64,000 nt of DNA from Hormiphora californensis (taxonomy: Eukaryota; Animalia; Ctenophora). The translations under genes were made by a program, and so were the position numbers. The DNA lies in contig CM035353.1 of assembly GCA_020137815.1 (NCBI GenBank), positions 4,898,001 to 4,962,000 of the forward strand, written 5' to 3'. Below, in pieces: positions 26,112-38,685 of the stretch. Below the pieces are notes generated by a model. It was not told where the DNA came from. It saw only the letters and a list, made by a program, of their open reading frames with translations, and ran no database searches. The first letter of the stretch is position 1, and the number at the start of each line of letters is the position of its first letter.

Positions 26112-26352
26112 CATGAGGAGCCTCGGAAATGTTCAAGTCATGCACATTCAAGTCACGCCCACCAATTTTTTGGGAAAGCCGGGTTGACCGGTTCAACTTT
26201 ATATAAGAAATAAATCAGGTTACACAATCACTATATACACATTGAATTGGTCATTAGGACTATAAAATTACAGCTCAGAACGCACGGATCACAAGAGCTG
26301 TTCTGGGCTGTGATTGGTGGGCTTGACTTGAACATTACCGAGGCTCCTCATG
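26112..26352. mobile_element. MITE with CATG...CATG termini and a ~8-bp TSD (P-element-like)
   Basis: TIR catgaggagcctcgg-aatgttcaagtca. Flanks caaaagat and aaaaagat match at 7/8 positions. Confidence 0.7.
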
Positions 26353-27659
26353 AAAAAGATCACGAACTTAGCAAACGTTGCTGACAGCGCGTGATAACGC
26401 AGCGCTTTTCAAATCCCAACATGAACAAGGGAAAAAATGAACAGGAGGAAAATGACCAGGAAAAAATCGAGCTTTTCAGGAGAAAAAAATTCTCCGAGTT
26501 CAGACTTCGTACTGAAAAACGGCAGCGCTTCAAGAAATATTACGCGCGTTCCGTTTCGCGCGCCATTTTTAGTTGTATTTTTTTCGAAATTTTTAGTTTT
26601 CAAAATTCTCTGAGCTGCAGTGGTGACTGTTGGCATGCGCTGCAGACCCCAAGTGCGCGCGTTTTCCACGGCTTCTAGGGGCCTGGGGGTTGGTACGCGC
26701 GGTAGACCCCCTTTGAGACACGACATAACTTTGCGACCGTGATTTTGGCGGGCGCTATATCTCCGGCACCTGAAGTCCGTTTGACAAAATTCCAACGCCA
26801 GTCGATAGTCCTTGATGTCTTCTACCTCCCTGTTTTTAATTGAAGTTAATTGGCCTTAATTGGCCAGAGTTATGGCCAGTCAAAGTTTTCGCGCGTTACG
26901 TCCAAATTTACCTTGCGCGGCTCGTTTTTTATTATTCACTGCGAATATTTCCGAGTTACGTTGACGTTTGACGTCATATCTCTCTCATTTCTTCATCAAT
27001 TTCGACGTTCTAAAGCTTGCTGGATAGGAAATTGTCAGCTCTTTCCAACGGTTCTAAGAACGTGAAGATTGAACGTAAACTCGTGGAGATATGGCTTAAA
27101 ACGTCACAAACTTGAATAAATGACGCCGCGGCGCGTATTTAAGCGATATTTTTTTCTTTTCGTCCCAACTTGGCCCAGCTTTTGACTTCGTTACAGCTTT
27201 AAAATCGACCCGTGGACACTTTTAATATGTCTTTAGGACACCTGAAGATGACATATGAGAGAGCAGTGAGCCGGGTGACCTCTCACAGTACGTTGAGAAT
27301 ACGTAATACCTTGCTGCCACAACTAGGGTTGTTTAGCTTTATCGGGTATCCTTACCTTTCGATTTTAATCCTTGAATAACTGTAACATAATACTATAATA
27401 CTATAATATAATACTAAATTCCAATTTCAAAGTAGCTATTGGATGACAAAAGCTTCGATAATCGATATGAATGTGATGAGCACTAGGTGTGGTCAGTGGT
27501 GTGGAACAAGATCGAACCGAAGACCCATAGTACCAAGAAGATAGTAGATACCAAGATCGTTGATCGTTGCTTTGATGCTCCTGATCTTCAATGCGATCAA
27601 TTGGAGTTGTACTACTCTCTTTAAAACTGTAAGTTGAATTCCTTGATTTATTCACCTCA

Positions 27660-28042
27660 TCTCTTTCTCTATCTCTCTAGATCTCTCTCTAGATCTCTCC
27701 CTAGATCTCTCCATCTCCATCTCTAGACCTCCATCTCTAGATCTCCATCTCTAGATCTACATCTCTAGATCTCCATCTCTAGATCTCCATCTCTAGATCT
27801 CCATCTCCATCTCTAGATCTCCATCTCCATCTCTAGATCTCCATCTCCATCTCTAGATCTCCATCTCCATCTCTAGATCTCCATCTCCATCTCTAGATCT
27901 CCATCTCCATCTCTAGATCTCCATCTCTAGATCTCCATCTCCATCTCTAGATCTCCATCTCTAGATCTCCATCTCCATCTCTAGATCTCCATCTCCATCT
28001 CTAGATCTCCATCTCCATCTCTAGATCTCCATCTCCATCTCC
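27660..28042 (+). repeat. Satellite of ATCTCC/ATCTCTAG units
   Basis: Read directly from the sequence. Confidence 0.95.
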
Positions 28043-28198
28043 AACCTATAATGTGAACCTGCCTGTGTAGTTCCTGATGGTGGGAGGGGAGGGGGGCTAT
28101 TCTCCTAGTGCCGGCGATATCGCTTCGCGATAGTCCCCTGTAGGCTTGCGGCTTGCCGTTGGAAAGCCCAGGCACTCCGTAGATAGATAGATAGATAG
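28043..28198 (+). mobile_element. Short 3'-end copy of the LINE at 9226-10473
   Basis: Closely matches ~10326-10473 and includes the (TAGA)n tail. Confidence 0.88.
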
Positions 28199-28204
28199 AT
28201 CTCC

Positions 28205-28268
<64 letters not shown>

Positions 28269-28429
28269 ACCCCAACTAATCAACATATGGACCCCTTATA
28301 ACCCACCTCTGAGCCCTTTTACCTCAGCTCCCTGCTAACCCACCTCTGAATCTCTTCTAGCTCAACTCTGGACCCGCCTTTGAACCCCCTCTGATAGTTT
28401 TATCAAATGTTAACAAAATACTCTCTCAG

Positions 28430-28570
28430 ATTCCGTTCCGGAAACCAAATTACTGGGTCAAGATACTATTACTGGGCCAACGTACTATGAGCTAAACACC
28501 TGAGTAGGGGAACCGTTCACAGCCGCTTCTCATCGCCAGCAGATCTTTATTGATGGATTCACAGACCCTG
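28430..28570 (+). pseudogene. Disabled exon encoding the start of a Smad MH2 domain (R-Smad-like)
   Basis: Bounded by cag and gtaagt. Removing a 14-nt insertion (28466-28479) gives IPFRKPNYWVKITYYELNT*VGEPFTAASHRQQIFIDGFTDP, compared with SMAD1 [21 protein letters not shown]...VDGFTDP. Confidence 0.88.
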
Positions 28571-29414
28571 GTAAGTGGTTCCAGTCTAGAACTGGGTTAG
28601 TATAGATCCACCTCTGGACCCCTTATACTAAGCAACATGTGGACCCCTTCTAACCCACCTCTGAGTCCTTTTACCTCATCAGTCAGCTCCCTACTAACTC
28701 CCTCTGAAACCTCTATTATATCTCACCTCTGGACTCTTCTAACCCACCTTTGAAGCCCCTTCTAACCCAACTCTGAACCCCTCCTAAATCAACTTATTAA
28801 CTCTTAATCCCTTTTAAACCACCTCTCGACCCCTACTAATTACTACCCCACTCCTCGAACCCTTCTAACCCACCCTTCAACCCCTTCTAACAAATCTCTC
28901 AGCTCCCTAATAACCCACCTCCGGACCCCTTCTAACTTACCTCTCGACCCCTTTTAAACCACCCTTTGAACACTTTTAACCCAACTCTAGTACCATTCTG
29001 ACCCACCTCTCGACCCCTAGTAACTCACCTCTGGGCCCCTTCTAACCTCCTTTTGACCGCTTCTATGTTCTAACCCACCTCTCGTACCCCTTTTAACCCC
29101 TTCTATCCCACCTTCCGACCTCTACTAACCCATCCCTCTAACCTTTCTAACCCACCTTCCGATAGGTGGGTTAGAAGGGGTCGGAACTTCTAATCCATCT
29201 CCCGTACCCCTTCTAAGCCACCTCTCGACCCCTAGTAACTTACCTCTGGACTTCTTCAAACCCACCCCTGGACCCCTTCAAACCCACCCCTAGACCCCTT
29301 CTAAACCACCCCTAAATCCCTTCTAACCCACCTCTAGACCCCTTCTAACTCACCTCTAGACCCCTTCTAACTCACCTCTCAATCCCTTATAGCCCACCTC
29401 TCGAGCCCTATTAA

Positions 29415-30150
29415 GGCCAGAGGGGGGGGGGGTCGACCGATATTTGACCCCCATTTTGGGCCATTTTCGGGGTTACCATCATGTGATAGCGCTTGGCATA
29501 CCGGACCAGATGGATATGACAAAATGTGTTGTGCGCGAACGGTCTGGGAGAAAAACGGGGTTAACTTTTGGCCTGATATCAATGTAAACCCCATTATTTA
29601 AGGACTGGTAGGGTTTTGGACATTCAATTTACGTGGATTTTTTATCGATCAAAAATGTGTTAATCTCCATAATTTTTGAACGGGGACCTTAATCAAAAAT
29701 CGCTACATCAGTTTCAGGCTACTAGGTCTGTAGAACAAGTGTGCCAAACGACAAGGTCTAGATCCTAGCCGTTATTTCAGGAATTGGCTAGTCCTGTGCA
29801 AAAATGGGGTTTAGAGGGGAGCCATAATGTCGATTTTTCCAGATTCTGTTAACCTCAAATAATTCAAAGACCAGTTGGACTTATGGTCTAAAAATTTGTA
29901 GAGTGATTCCTCTTGATAAGACGAAGTGTTTGGCACTAAATTGAATGTCCAAAACCCTACCAGTCCTTAAATAATGGGGTTTACATTGATATCAGGCCAA
30001 AAGTTAACCCCGTTTTTCTCCCAGACCGTTCGCGCACAACACATTTTGTCATATCCATCTGGTCCGGTATGCCAAGCGCTATCACATGACGGTAACCCCG
30101 AAAATGGCCCAAAATGGGGGTGAAAAATCGGTCGACCCCCCCCTCTGGCC
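29415..30150. mobile_element. MITE with ~215-bp TIRs, GG...CC termini and TTAA TSD (Kolobok-like)
   Basis: TTAA at 29411-29414 and 30151-30154. Arms span 29415-~29630 and ~29938-30150. Confidence 0.82.
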
Positions 30151-32862
30151 TTAAGTACTTACCCTTCCCTCGACCCCGTGGACCCATTAGCCTTTTAAGT
30201 TTTAACCCACCTCTCGACCCCTTTTAATCCACCTCTCGACCCCTAGTAACTCACCTCTTAACCCCTTCTAACTTACCCCTAGACCCCTTCTAACTCACCC
30301 TTCGACCTCTTCTAACTCACCCATAGACCCCTTCTAACTCTCAACCCCTTTTAACCCACCTCACCAGTCTCCACCTCTTCTAACCCACCCCTAGACCTCT
30401 TCTAAGTCACCTCTCAACCCCTTTTTACCCACCTCTCCACCTCTACTAAGTACTTACTCTTCCCTCGACCCCTTCTAACCCACCTCTCGACCCCTTCTAA
30501 CTCATCTTTCAACCCCTTTTAACCCACCTCTCGACCCCTATGAAGTAGTTACCCTTTCCTCGACCCCTTCTAACCAACCTCTCGACCACTAGTAACTCAC
30601 CGTGGACCCATTAGCCTTTTAAGTTTTAACCCACATCTCGACCCCTACCAAACCACCAAATCTCTAGACCCTTTCTAACCCACAGCACCTCTCATCACCT
30701 TTTATCCCACCTAGATTCTAACCTAGATGTTATCTCTCTATCTAGAGATCTAATCTTTGCATCCCTAGATGGTTTCTCTCCATCGCTAAATACTACATCG
30801 CTATCAAGACCAACATCGCCATCTCCAACATTCATGTTAGTACCCCACCCTAATTTTAAAGCTACCGGATACCCCATCCTCATTTATTACCCCATCTCTC
30901 AGTTAGCCCACGCTACCTCTCACTCTCAACTACTCAGGAGTCAGGTACCCTCTTTTTCTCCCTCCCCCTTCCCAAAAAGAGAGGGTACACCGTGCCCAAC
31001 AATTAGACCACGTCACCTCTCACTCTCACCTACTCAAACACTATGTCTCAAGTACCCGGCATCTCTACCACCCTACCCGTTGGGTACCCCACGCTGCTAG
31101 ATACCTATGAAATTTTGCTAGATGCCCCTAAAACCCCCTAAATACACCAATATATCCACTAGAAACCCCTCGGACTCTACAAAATACCCCTCAGAGCATT
31201 ATTCACGAACGGACACTATCACACCATGTCATACTCACAAACGGACACACACTAACATCGTTACTAAAATCTCTGTCTTTTCTCAGGTATTATTGACCAC
31301 GTTAGACCTTCCACGACCTTCCCCACGACAACTTTAAATTGCCAAGGTTTGTGATGAACTACAACGACATGGACACCTGAAACTCGCCATTTTCCAGGTA
31401 CAGTGTTGTCTTGTTCGACCCTCCTTCCCCGAACAAAACAAGTACAGTGTGGGAGCGGCCAAAATTCACGTGGGAGTCACGTGACACAACGTTACTTTAT
31501 GTGCACTATCTCTCTCTCTCTATCTATCTAGATATGTAACGGTTTCCAATTCAGGTGTGATGATTACTGCAGATAATCTAGACGAGTTCACTCTTCCTAT
31601 GGTTCCCACAATCAAGGGATGGCAAGGGAGGTAGGGCACATGTTTTTTCATCATCACGGGACTGTTGAAGTCGGTTAAGGCACCCACGGAGCTAAGCTGT
31701 GCATCAAGCTAACAATGGTCCTTAGATGGCCCTACCTCTGCTGATGGCTGTAAACTGCAAGGATTTCAGTGCAGTGGAGACATTGATTGTTAAATGTACT
31801 ATCCTGGAGCCTCATGAACAAGTTTAATGTGTAAGAGTGACTCTTGTATATCCGTCATTTCCCAATAATATTTCCCCTGTGCTGTATGTGTCTAGAGAGA
31901 GAGGGCGTGAGGAGACGAGTATTTTAATTTCAATTTAGGTGGACCCATAAAGGGAAGATCTATATACATATTTAGTGTCACCTTTACTTTATTTGTAAAC
32001 CTGTATATTTTGTAACATGATTTTTCCAAGTTTAGTTTCTTCACCTTGAAAATTGTTGTTTTGTTCGAACAAGGCAAGAAAGTTGCTCATGATGTCTTTA
32101 AAAAACAACCCCAACCGCCGATTGGCATCACTTTTCAGCAGCCCTCATGTCCAATTTGCCACAGTTTGATATAACTTTACGTCGCGCGCGTTTGTTAAAT
32201 CTCTTATCGAAAGTCTAAGTAAGTCGGCATTTCAATACCGCGCGTACGACCCCCTAGGCCCTTTAAGGGCCTGTAGCATAGGCCAATGGTGACTGGTGGG
32301 GCAGCTCTGACCAATCGTGGTGTGCGTTTCTGAGACCCCGGTGTCGTATTGTTGTTTCACAAAGTATCTTATTTTCTTTTTTATTCACGAACCCCAACAC
32401 CGCTTGACATCACTTTCCAACATACAACAGCCGAAGAGAAGCTGTCAAAGAGAGAAAGGGGGTAACCGTATGAAGAGTTAATCGCGATGAGTCTCATTCA
32501 CATTGGGTTCGATCATTCGTCCCCGGTGTTGGCCGTTGGGGTTTGGCCTTTGGGTACAAAACAATCATAAAATATTCTCTACAATAAATAAAATCTCACA
32601 CGTTTAAACATAGAAGTCTATGCTTCCTAGTCCTGCTGGGGTGTATTTCGTCCGACAACCTCTTAATGAATTGTTTACTCAAAGCTTCATGTGTTATTAC
32701 ATAATCGTCAGAACAATAACTTCAAAACTTTCAATTTCCACTTCTGCTCCTTCATTAAACGGTTATTGGAGTGCTGCAAGATGTCCTCTTCTGTGGGGGC
32801 ATTTGTTAAGAAGAATTATTGTTGTCTTCGCTCCGACACTCGCGGGGTTGAAAAGCGCTACG

Positions 32863-33470
32863 TTATATAAAGTTGTAAGGTGTAAAATGAATAAATTTAT
32901 GGTGTTGGTGGACAGGTAGCCACTCCAGGGCAAAGGTGGGTGTGGGTGCCCTGGGTGGTGGTGGTGGAGGAGGTGGGCGAGCATCAGTCAATACTGCCCG
33001 GGGCCGATAGACCTGGACCGGCAACTGTTCCGGGGGTGGTTGTTGAGGGGGAGGACGAGGTGGGGGTCCAGTGTTCCTTGGCCTCGTGCGGCTGAAAGAA
33101 AGTAAATGTGTTAAATCGAGTAGAATATTATTACACGGCAATAGTGGATATTGACATCTATCATTTGAATTGTATCAATCTCTGATTATTGGTTTGAATT
33201 TTGTCAATCTATGAGATATTTGTTATCTAGTATATTGGTAAGTGGTAACTCACCAGTGTTTCCTCAGGTGACCCAGCTTCTTGCACCGGTAACACCTTGG
33301 TCTCTCATAGGGCTTTTTGGGCCCATTACCCCTACTCCCCGAGGTAGAGGAGGGGCAGGGAGGTGGCCTGGAGGTGGTGGTGGTGGGGCGGGAAATCGTG
33401 CGTACATGCCCATATCGGCCATGGTGGCTACCCGGAGACCGTTCAAAATGCTTAGGACATTAATATCCAT
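32863..33470 (-). pseudogene. Spliced proline-rich CCHC zinc-knuckle gene, copy A (intron 33092-33253)
   Basis: Reads GNGPKKPYERPRCYRCKKLGHLRKH-TG|gtgagt...ttcag|C-RTRPRNTGPPPRPPPQQPPP. There is a frameshift upstream relative to the 34137-34228 copy. Confidence 0.7.
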
Positions 33471-33482
33471 CCTGCGTGAAGT

Positions 33483-33728
33483 AAGTTTGAGACAGTGAGC
33501 GGGCATCCCACTGGGGTTAACGCTATTTAGAAACTCTGTGGTGAGGTTAGATATTTCGTTAGAGTCGTCCTCAATCACTGTATCAATACTTCGGTACTCT
33601 CTGGGAGAAGTGTTAGGCTCAAAGATTTTGAGAATCTTATCATTCAACTTATTCACATCCTGATTGAGAGGTGTTACAATGACAAAGCGGGTCCTGTCAA
33701 CAGAAAAGTCAGGGAAAACAGTAGTCAA
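33483..33728 (-). mobile_element. Helitron PIF1-type helicase fragment
   Basis: IVTPLNQDVNKLN...YRSID...TEFLNSVNPSGMPAHCLKL matches the Helitron helicase motifs. Confidence 0.85.
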
Positions 33729-34136
33729 AATGCACTGGAGGGGATGTCAATTTGCATCCTGGTGGCATCTGGACAAAAAAAGGTTGGCAAATTATTTTGT
33801 TAAATCATAGAGCAGAGTTGAAATTGGTGTTGTAAGTTGAACTGCCCTGAATACGCATGATATTTCGGATATTGTAAAATTGACTGTGGCTTCAAAGGAG
33901 AGGGCAGGGACATTTTAGTAAGATCTGTGCGCACGAAACACAGTATTCCAAGGTGGATGCTGACATTGATTACTTGTGAATTGAATTAAAAAATTCGTGT
34001 TACATTGAAATTCTACTTTTATCAGTTTTTTGAAAAATAATTACTAATTACAGAAAACATTACAGTGATTAATATATTGAGTTCACTCACATACTATAAT
34101 ATGTCAGTGCCTCCTCGTCTGTACTGTACTCCCTGT

Positions 34137-34228
34137 CTTGCACCGGTAACACCTTGGTTTCTCGTAGGGCTTTTTGGGCCCATTACCCCTACTCCCCGAG
34201 GGAGACGCCCGGGAGGGAGGTAGAGGTT
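34137..34228 (-). repeat. Partial duplicate of the zinc-knuckle exon
   Basis: Reads PLPPSRASPSGSRGNGPKKPYEKPRCYRCK and is near-identical to 33279-33349. Confidence 0.8.
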
Positions 34229-36300
34229 TATGTTTATACGCGGCGCCTAGACTCTGCCGGCCCATGATGATGAATCATTCACCTATCTACATAATTGTGG
34301 ACCGAAATCTCTATCTTTTAATCCCAGCAATATCTTGTCTCCATACCTGATACCTCTCCTTGTCAGGCCCTAAACAGGGTGTAATAGTCATATTTATAGT
34401 TGAAGGCGGAGTAATTTCTGATTTCACCACGAAAGTATCCAGGGACAGCAGCTCTTTTCTCCTACTCGTTCGATCCACCATCTAAATTGTCGGTCACTTT
34501 TTTTTCACTTTTCGCAGCTCTCTATCCACAGCCTTGATTGCCGATGTTAAGTTTCGCAGATTGAAGCTCATTAAAAAATACTGTGGTAGACTGTAAAACC
34601 TCGTGTAACGCATTACTCATAGATTAATATGAATTCATACTCGTTCATTTGCCTCAAAACCCTGCAATTGATGATTTTATGAAGTAGGAATTGAGAATGC
34701 ATATCGATATAACTCAACTCTTTTCCGCCATCTCATAATAACTCGACACCATCGCTGAGTACCCATTGCCCTCGACACATTATGATATCTATAATACGTG
34801 TGTCATCTGTCGTGGTCGTACTTACTGAAATTTGTATCCATCTCCTTCATAAGAGACGTCAATAAACGTACCCAATTGCTAAGCTATAATAGGTATGTGT
34901 GTTCAGTTCTAGCTGGTGTTTCGTTTGATATCCTCAAGATTTTAGGTGCCTACTGCACTGCCTAGGGTGTCACTTGTTAGTACTGCGTCTCATTACTGCG
35001 TAGCTACAGCAGGGTTGGCCCACCTCTACACCTCTACCTCTGTTTTATTTTAATCCTCACATGTCCAACTATATCTAATAACACATCATCTTCTCCGCAT
35101 ACCATGTCCAGAATTTGTGCCATGTTTTCCAATGAATCGATGATTTTTTCATATTTATTCAATCTCATCAACTAACTATTGTAGTATAGAGTTAGGGTTA
35201 GTTTAATTATCATGAATGAAAACGGATTAAGTAAACTGATGGGTTAATAAAAACTAAATTCCCGGTGGTGTGGGTTTCTCTGGCCGGGGGGCCGAGGTCC
35301 GCCGGGATGTCTCTATCTCTGCTGCAGGTGATAAGTTTGTCGGTCTAAAGGAGGGTGAAATATCTTATAATGATAACTTAAAACATAGTTTTAGTTTGTA
35401 TGTTTTCGTTTATTGATCACATGTTTTTAGTATTGCAGTATTACCACTAATGATTTATAGTCAACCTATACTATGCGAGAGAGGTACTCCTGTGTGAACT
35501 GTGAAGGAAAGTGGGTTGTACTCATGGCTTGGTGAGAAGGTCCTCTCCATCTTCATCTTCCGAACCCTCTTTCCTTGATATTATGTGCCTCTCTCACTCG
35601 CTAACTCTCTTCTCTAACTCCACTAACTCCACCTCCCCTGCTAATTCTAACAGTTCTATAACAGTTATCATGCAAAGAAATAATCAAAGCTATAACAACC
35701 GTAGTTAAATACTATACAATATGTAGTATCAAGTATGTAACTATACATGTAGTATGTAAGTGATTCATCATCAGTGTCACTGTCTTTCCGGTCAGTTTCA
35801 GACGCGGAAAGATCCAATATCGAGGAAATAATTATCTCTGTCTTATTTTTTAATCTAGCCTTTTCCTTACCTGAGCGACAGGCTTCTCTTTCCATAACAT
35901 CTGGTTGCCAGTTACGTTGGAGTAATGTAAACTATCCAATTTTGTTGACGAGCCCGTACTGCTGCCAGTTTTGTTCTCATGATGTCACTAGTGAGTGACA
36001 TCAGGGCAGATTGGCTGTCAGTGAGGATTATCACTGACCTGCCAGTTAGTCGATCGTTTGTTGAGTCAGATACATAGTTTGTCAACAGCTTTCAAGACCG
36101 AACATATTCTTGAGAACATCGAATTCTCAAGCTTCAAGGAACCAGTGATGTACTCAGTTGGATAGCTGTCGAATATCACCCAGGCACATCCCGTCCCAGA
36201 TGCCTAAAAGACCAGGTGTATTCTCCTGGTTCACAATTTCTTTAGCCGATAACAGCACTTTCTTCTCGCTATCTTATTTCTAGGGGTTTGTAAAGTTACA

Positions 36301-37134
36301 CCCGGTGCCCGGATTTTCAAAATTTTTGATAAATACGATTTTCAAAAGTCAAATATGCTGCCAACTTTGTCCCAAAAATCGACGATTTTGCTGCCTAGTA
36401 AAATAAATGTCTAAAAAGTTTTTAGAAATCATTTATAAATCACTTATAAAGTTTGAAAAAATTAAAAAAAATTGTCCCACCCGGGCCCGGTCGGGAATCG
36501 AACTCGTGCTGCCGGCAGCACGGATCTATCTTAATTAAGCTAAATACGTGCTGCCTCATGCTGCCTTCTATATCATGCTAAGTTTTACCGTTTTTCCCCG
36601 TTTATCGGTTTAGGCACTTGTTTATCGATACTGTGGATGTCCCTGCACCGAATATCACCAAATTGGATGGGTAGAAGGGCGGGAATAGCCAAAAAATCGG
36701 TAAATAATGGTACCCGAGGCAGCAGAAGGACTAAGAAAATTTGTGACGTTCAATTTGTTTATTTCCTTCATATTCGTGTTCGGAATACTTCTTCGAATAT
36801 AATAGCCGGAAAAGTAAAACTGATATTGCATAAAATGAGACTAAATTTTCTATGTAAATATGGGGTAAATTTGTGCTGCCTGTGCTGCCTCCACTCTGAC
36901 GCGTGAGGCCCGGGTTCGATTCCCGACCGATCCCGGGTGGGACACTTTTTAAAAACTTTTTAAATGATTTATAAAGATTAAACCCTGGCCCCCAGTACAT
37001 TTATTACTGCCGATAGCGATATTTATTGAACTGCTGACTACTAGGCAGCTTGTCCAATATGCTGCCTCGCCTTTAATTTGCTGCCAAATTAAGGGCATTA
37101 CTCTCTTGGGTATTTGCAATATCTGGGCACCGGG
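36301..37134. mobile_element. TIR element with an 8-bp TSD, inserted at the apex of a palindrome
   Basis: Termini cccggtgccc/gggcaccggg, with aagttaca at 36293-36300 and 37135-37142. Flanks ~36217-36293 and ~37138-37214 are complementary. Confidence 0.82.
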
Positions 37135-37211
37135 AAGTTACAAACCCCTAGAAATAAGATAGCGAGAAGAAAGTGCTGTTATCGGCTAAAGAAATTGTGA
37201 ACCAGGAGAAT

Positions 37212-37301
37212 ACATTCACACGCGATAATATTACCCCATTTTGAGTACAGTGTAGTTCTACACTGTACTCAAAATGGGGTAATATTATCGCGTGTGAATG
37301 T
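37212..37301. repeat. Perfect 90-bp palindrome with a 2-nt loop
   Basis: acattcacacgcg...gtgtag tt ctacac...cgcgtgtgaatgt. Confidence 0.92.
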
Positions 37302-37530
37302 TGGGTCTTATCTGAAATTGTATCGAATTATATCGATATTGTTTATCTGACTTGTTTTAATTGATGCATATACTCCTAAAGCTGAGAAAGTCCTCCTCGA
37401 ATCTAGCTTGCTGAGTCGTGCATTCTTGACAATGGTCAAGCCTCTCAAGATCTGCATTGATCTTATTTTAAAATTATTATTCAAAATTAGCGTGATGGCT
37501 ATACAGTGCTCAATCTTTACAGAGAGCTAT

Positions 37531-37668
37531 TAACACGAAAACCAAAGAAAACGAATTTTCTGTGTTACGAACGTTTCATGGATAAACCAATCTTTAGACG
37601 TCTGAAGATTGGTTTATCCATGAACCGTTCGTAACACAGAAAATTCGTTTTCTTTGGTTTTCGTGTTA
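37531..37668. repeat. Spacerless palindrome with hammerhead-like cores (possible Penelope-like terminal repeat remnant)
   Basis: Centred on gacgtc. The two arms give the consensus CTGAAGA-ttgg-tttat-cca-t-GAAA-CGTT. Confidence 0.55.
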
Positions 37669-38685
37669 TTTTAGAATTATGTAGTTATATTTAAACGTTT
37701 ATCATAAGTTATAAATTAGTTTGTTTTAAATTTATATTTTCATCCAGGGTGTCATGGGTAAGTCACCCTTTTGACCAAACTCGCCAGTTTAGTTTTGCAG
37801 AGTTTATAGGAACATTGTTCCTGCTCTGCCACAACCTGCGAAAGTATTTTTGTGAACTGATCTAGTAGAGCCCTGAAGGTTGATTTTCAACGTTCCTTGC
37901 ACAAACTAATTCAATTGATTGTTGAATCACAGCTCCTGCATTGCAGTTGGTACTTACCCTGATCAAAGAATCTGTGTACTCCTTTTCGTAGAATTTCTTG
38001 CCACCGGTGACGGCGCCCCTAAAACGCGGCTCCATCCAGGGTCAGCCGTCGTCAGCAGCGTGTACGGGCCACCGAAGTTCCTCCTCGTCCCCTGCCCAAA
38101 CTCCTCCACTCCTCGAACATTCCCTTCCTGTAGGAAAGTTGGCACAAATAAACAGACTATTTGCTGCTAACGATATTGAAATCGAACTTATAATCACCTT
38201 CATCCTAATATCATCTAAAGATGGATGCACTTGGGATGTATTCCTCGTTAGGCTTTTGCTCAAAGCGACACCATCGATATTGATGGCCACACTAACCGTC
38301 GGAATAGGCAGAGTAAGATCGTGGAGGGCACTAAACTGCCCCCATCGTTCACTTTGCTGCACTTCCACTATCTTTCCTGGTTCGATTAGTTTATTGGTGC
38401 GGCTGTTTTTCATGATGATCTCCTGGATCACCTTATCTGGTAAAGAATCCCAGTTTTTTCGCACTAATAATTTTTGTTCATCTAATGATAATAATCACAG
38501 TATTATAAAGTACGGTAGTACAACCACTCCTTCATATCAGCCAATGTATTAGCGCTAATTAACATTAATTTATCTTCATTGAGTCCTCAACGCTTATAAA
38601 AATTTCACCTTACCATCACATTTCCTGACCAGGGCCACCTTGCTCTCGTAATCCCTGAGAGTTACATTTGTTACGATCTGGGCAA

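Larger units (their letters stand above)
28266..30700 (+). repeat. Degenerate ~22-bp minisatellite (aacccacctctcgaccccttct), intron-like
   Basis: Dozens of imperfect copies surround the Smad exon and are interrupted by a MITE. Confidence 0.85.

Noticed and set aside
31287-31397. Next Smad exon
   Set aside because: It has plausible splice signals, but there are stops in all three frames and no recognisable MH2 motif.
33264-33728. 154-aa helicase/poly-Pro ORF as a functional fusion protein
   Set aside because: Only a small helicase piece is present, and the knuckle lies in another frame after a deletion, so it is more likely a rearrangement junction.
36895-36940. tRNA gene
   Set aside because: Only a T-arm/B-box-like motif is present, with no full cloverleaf.
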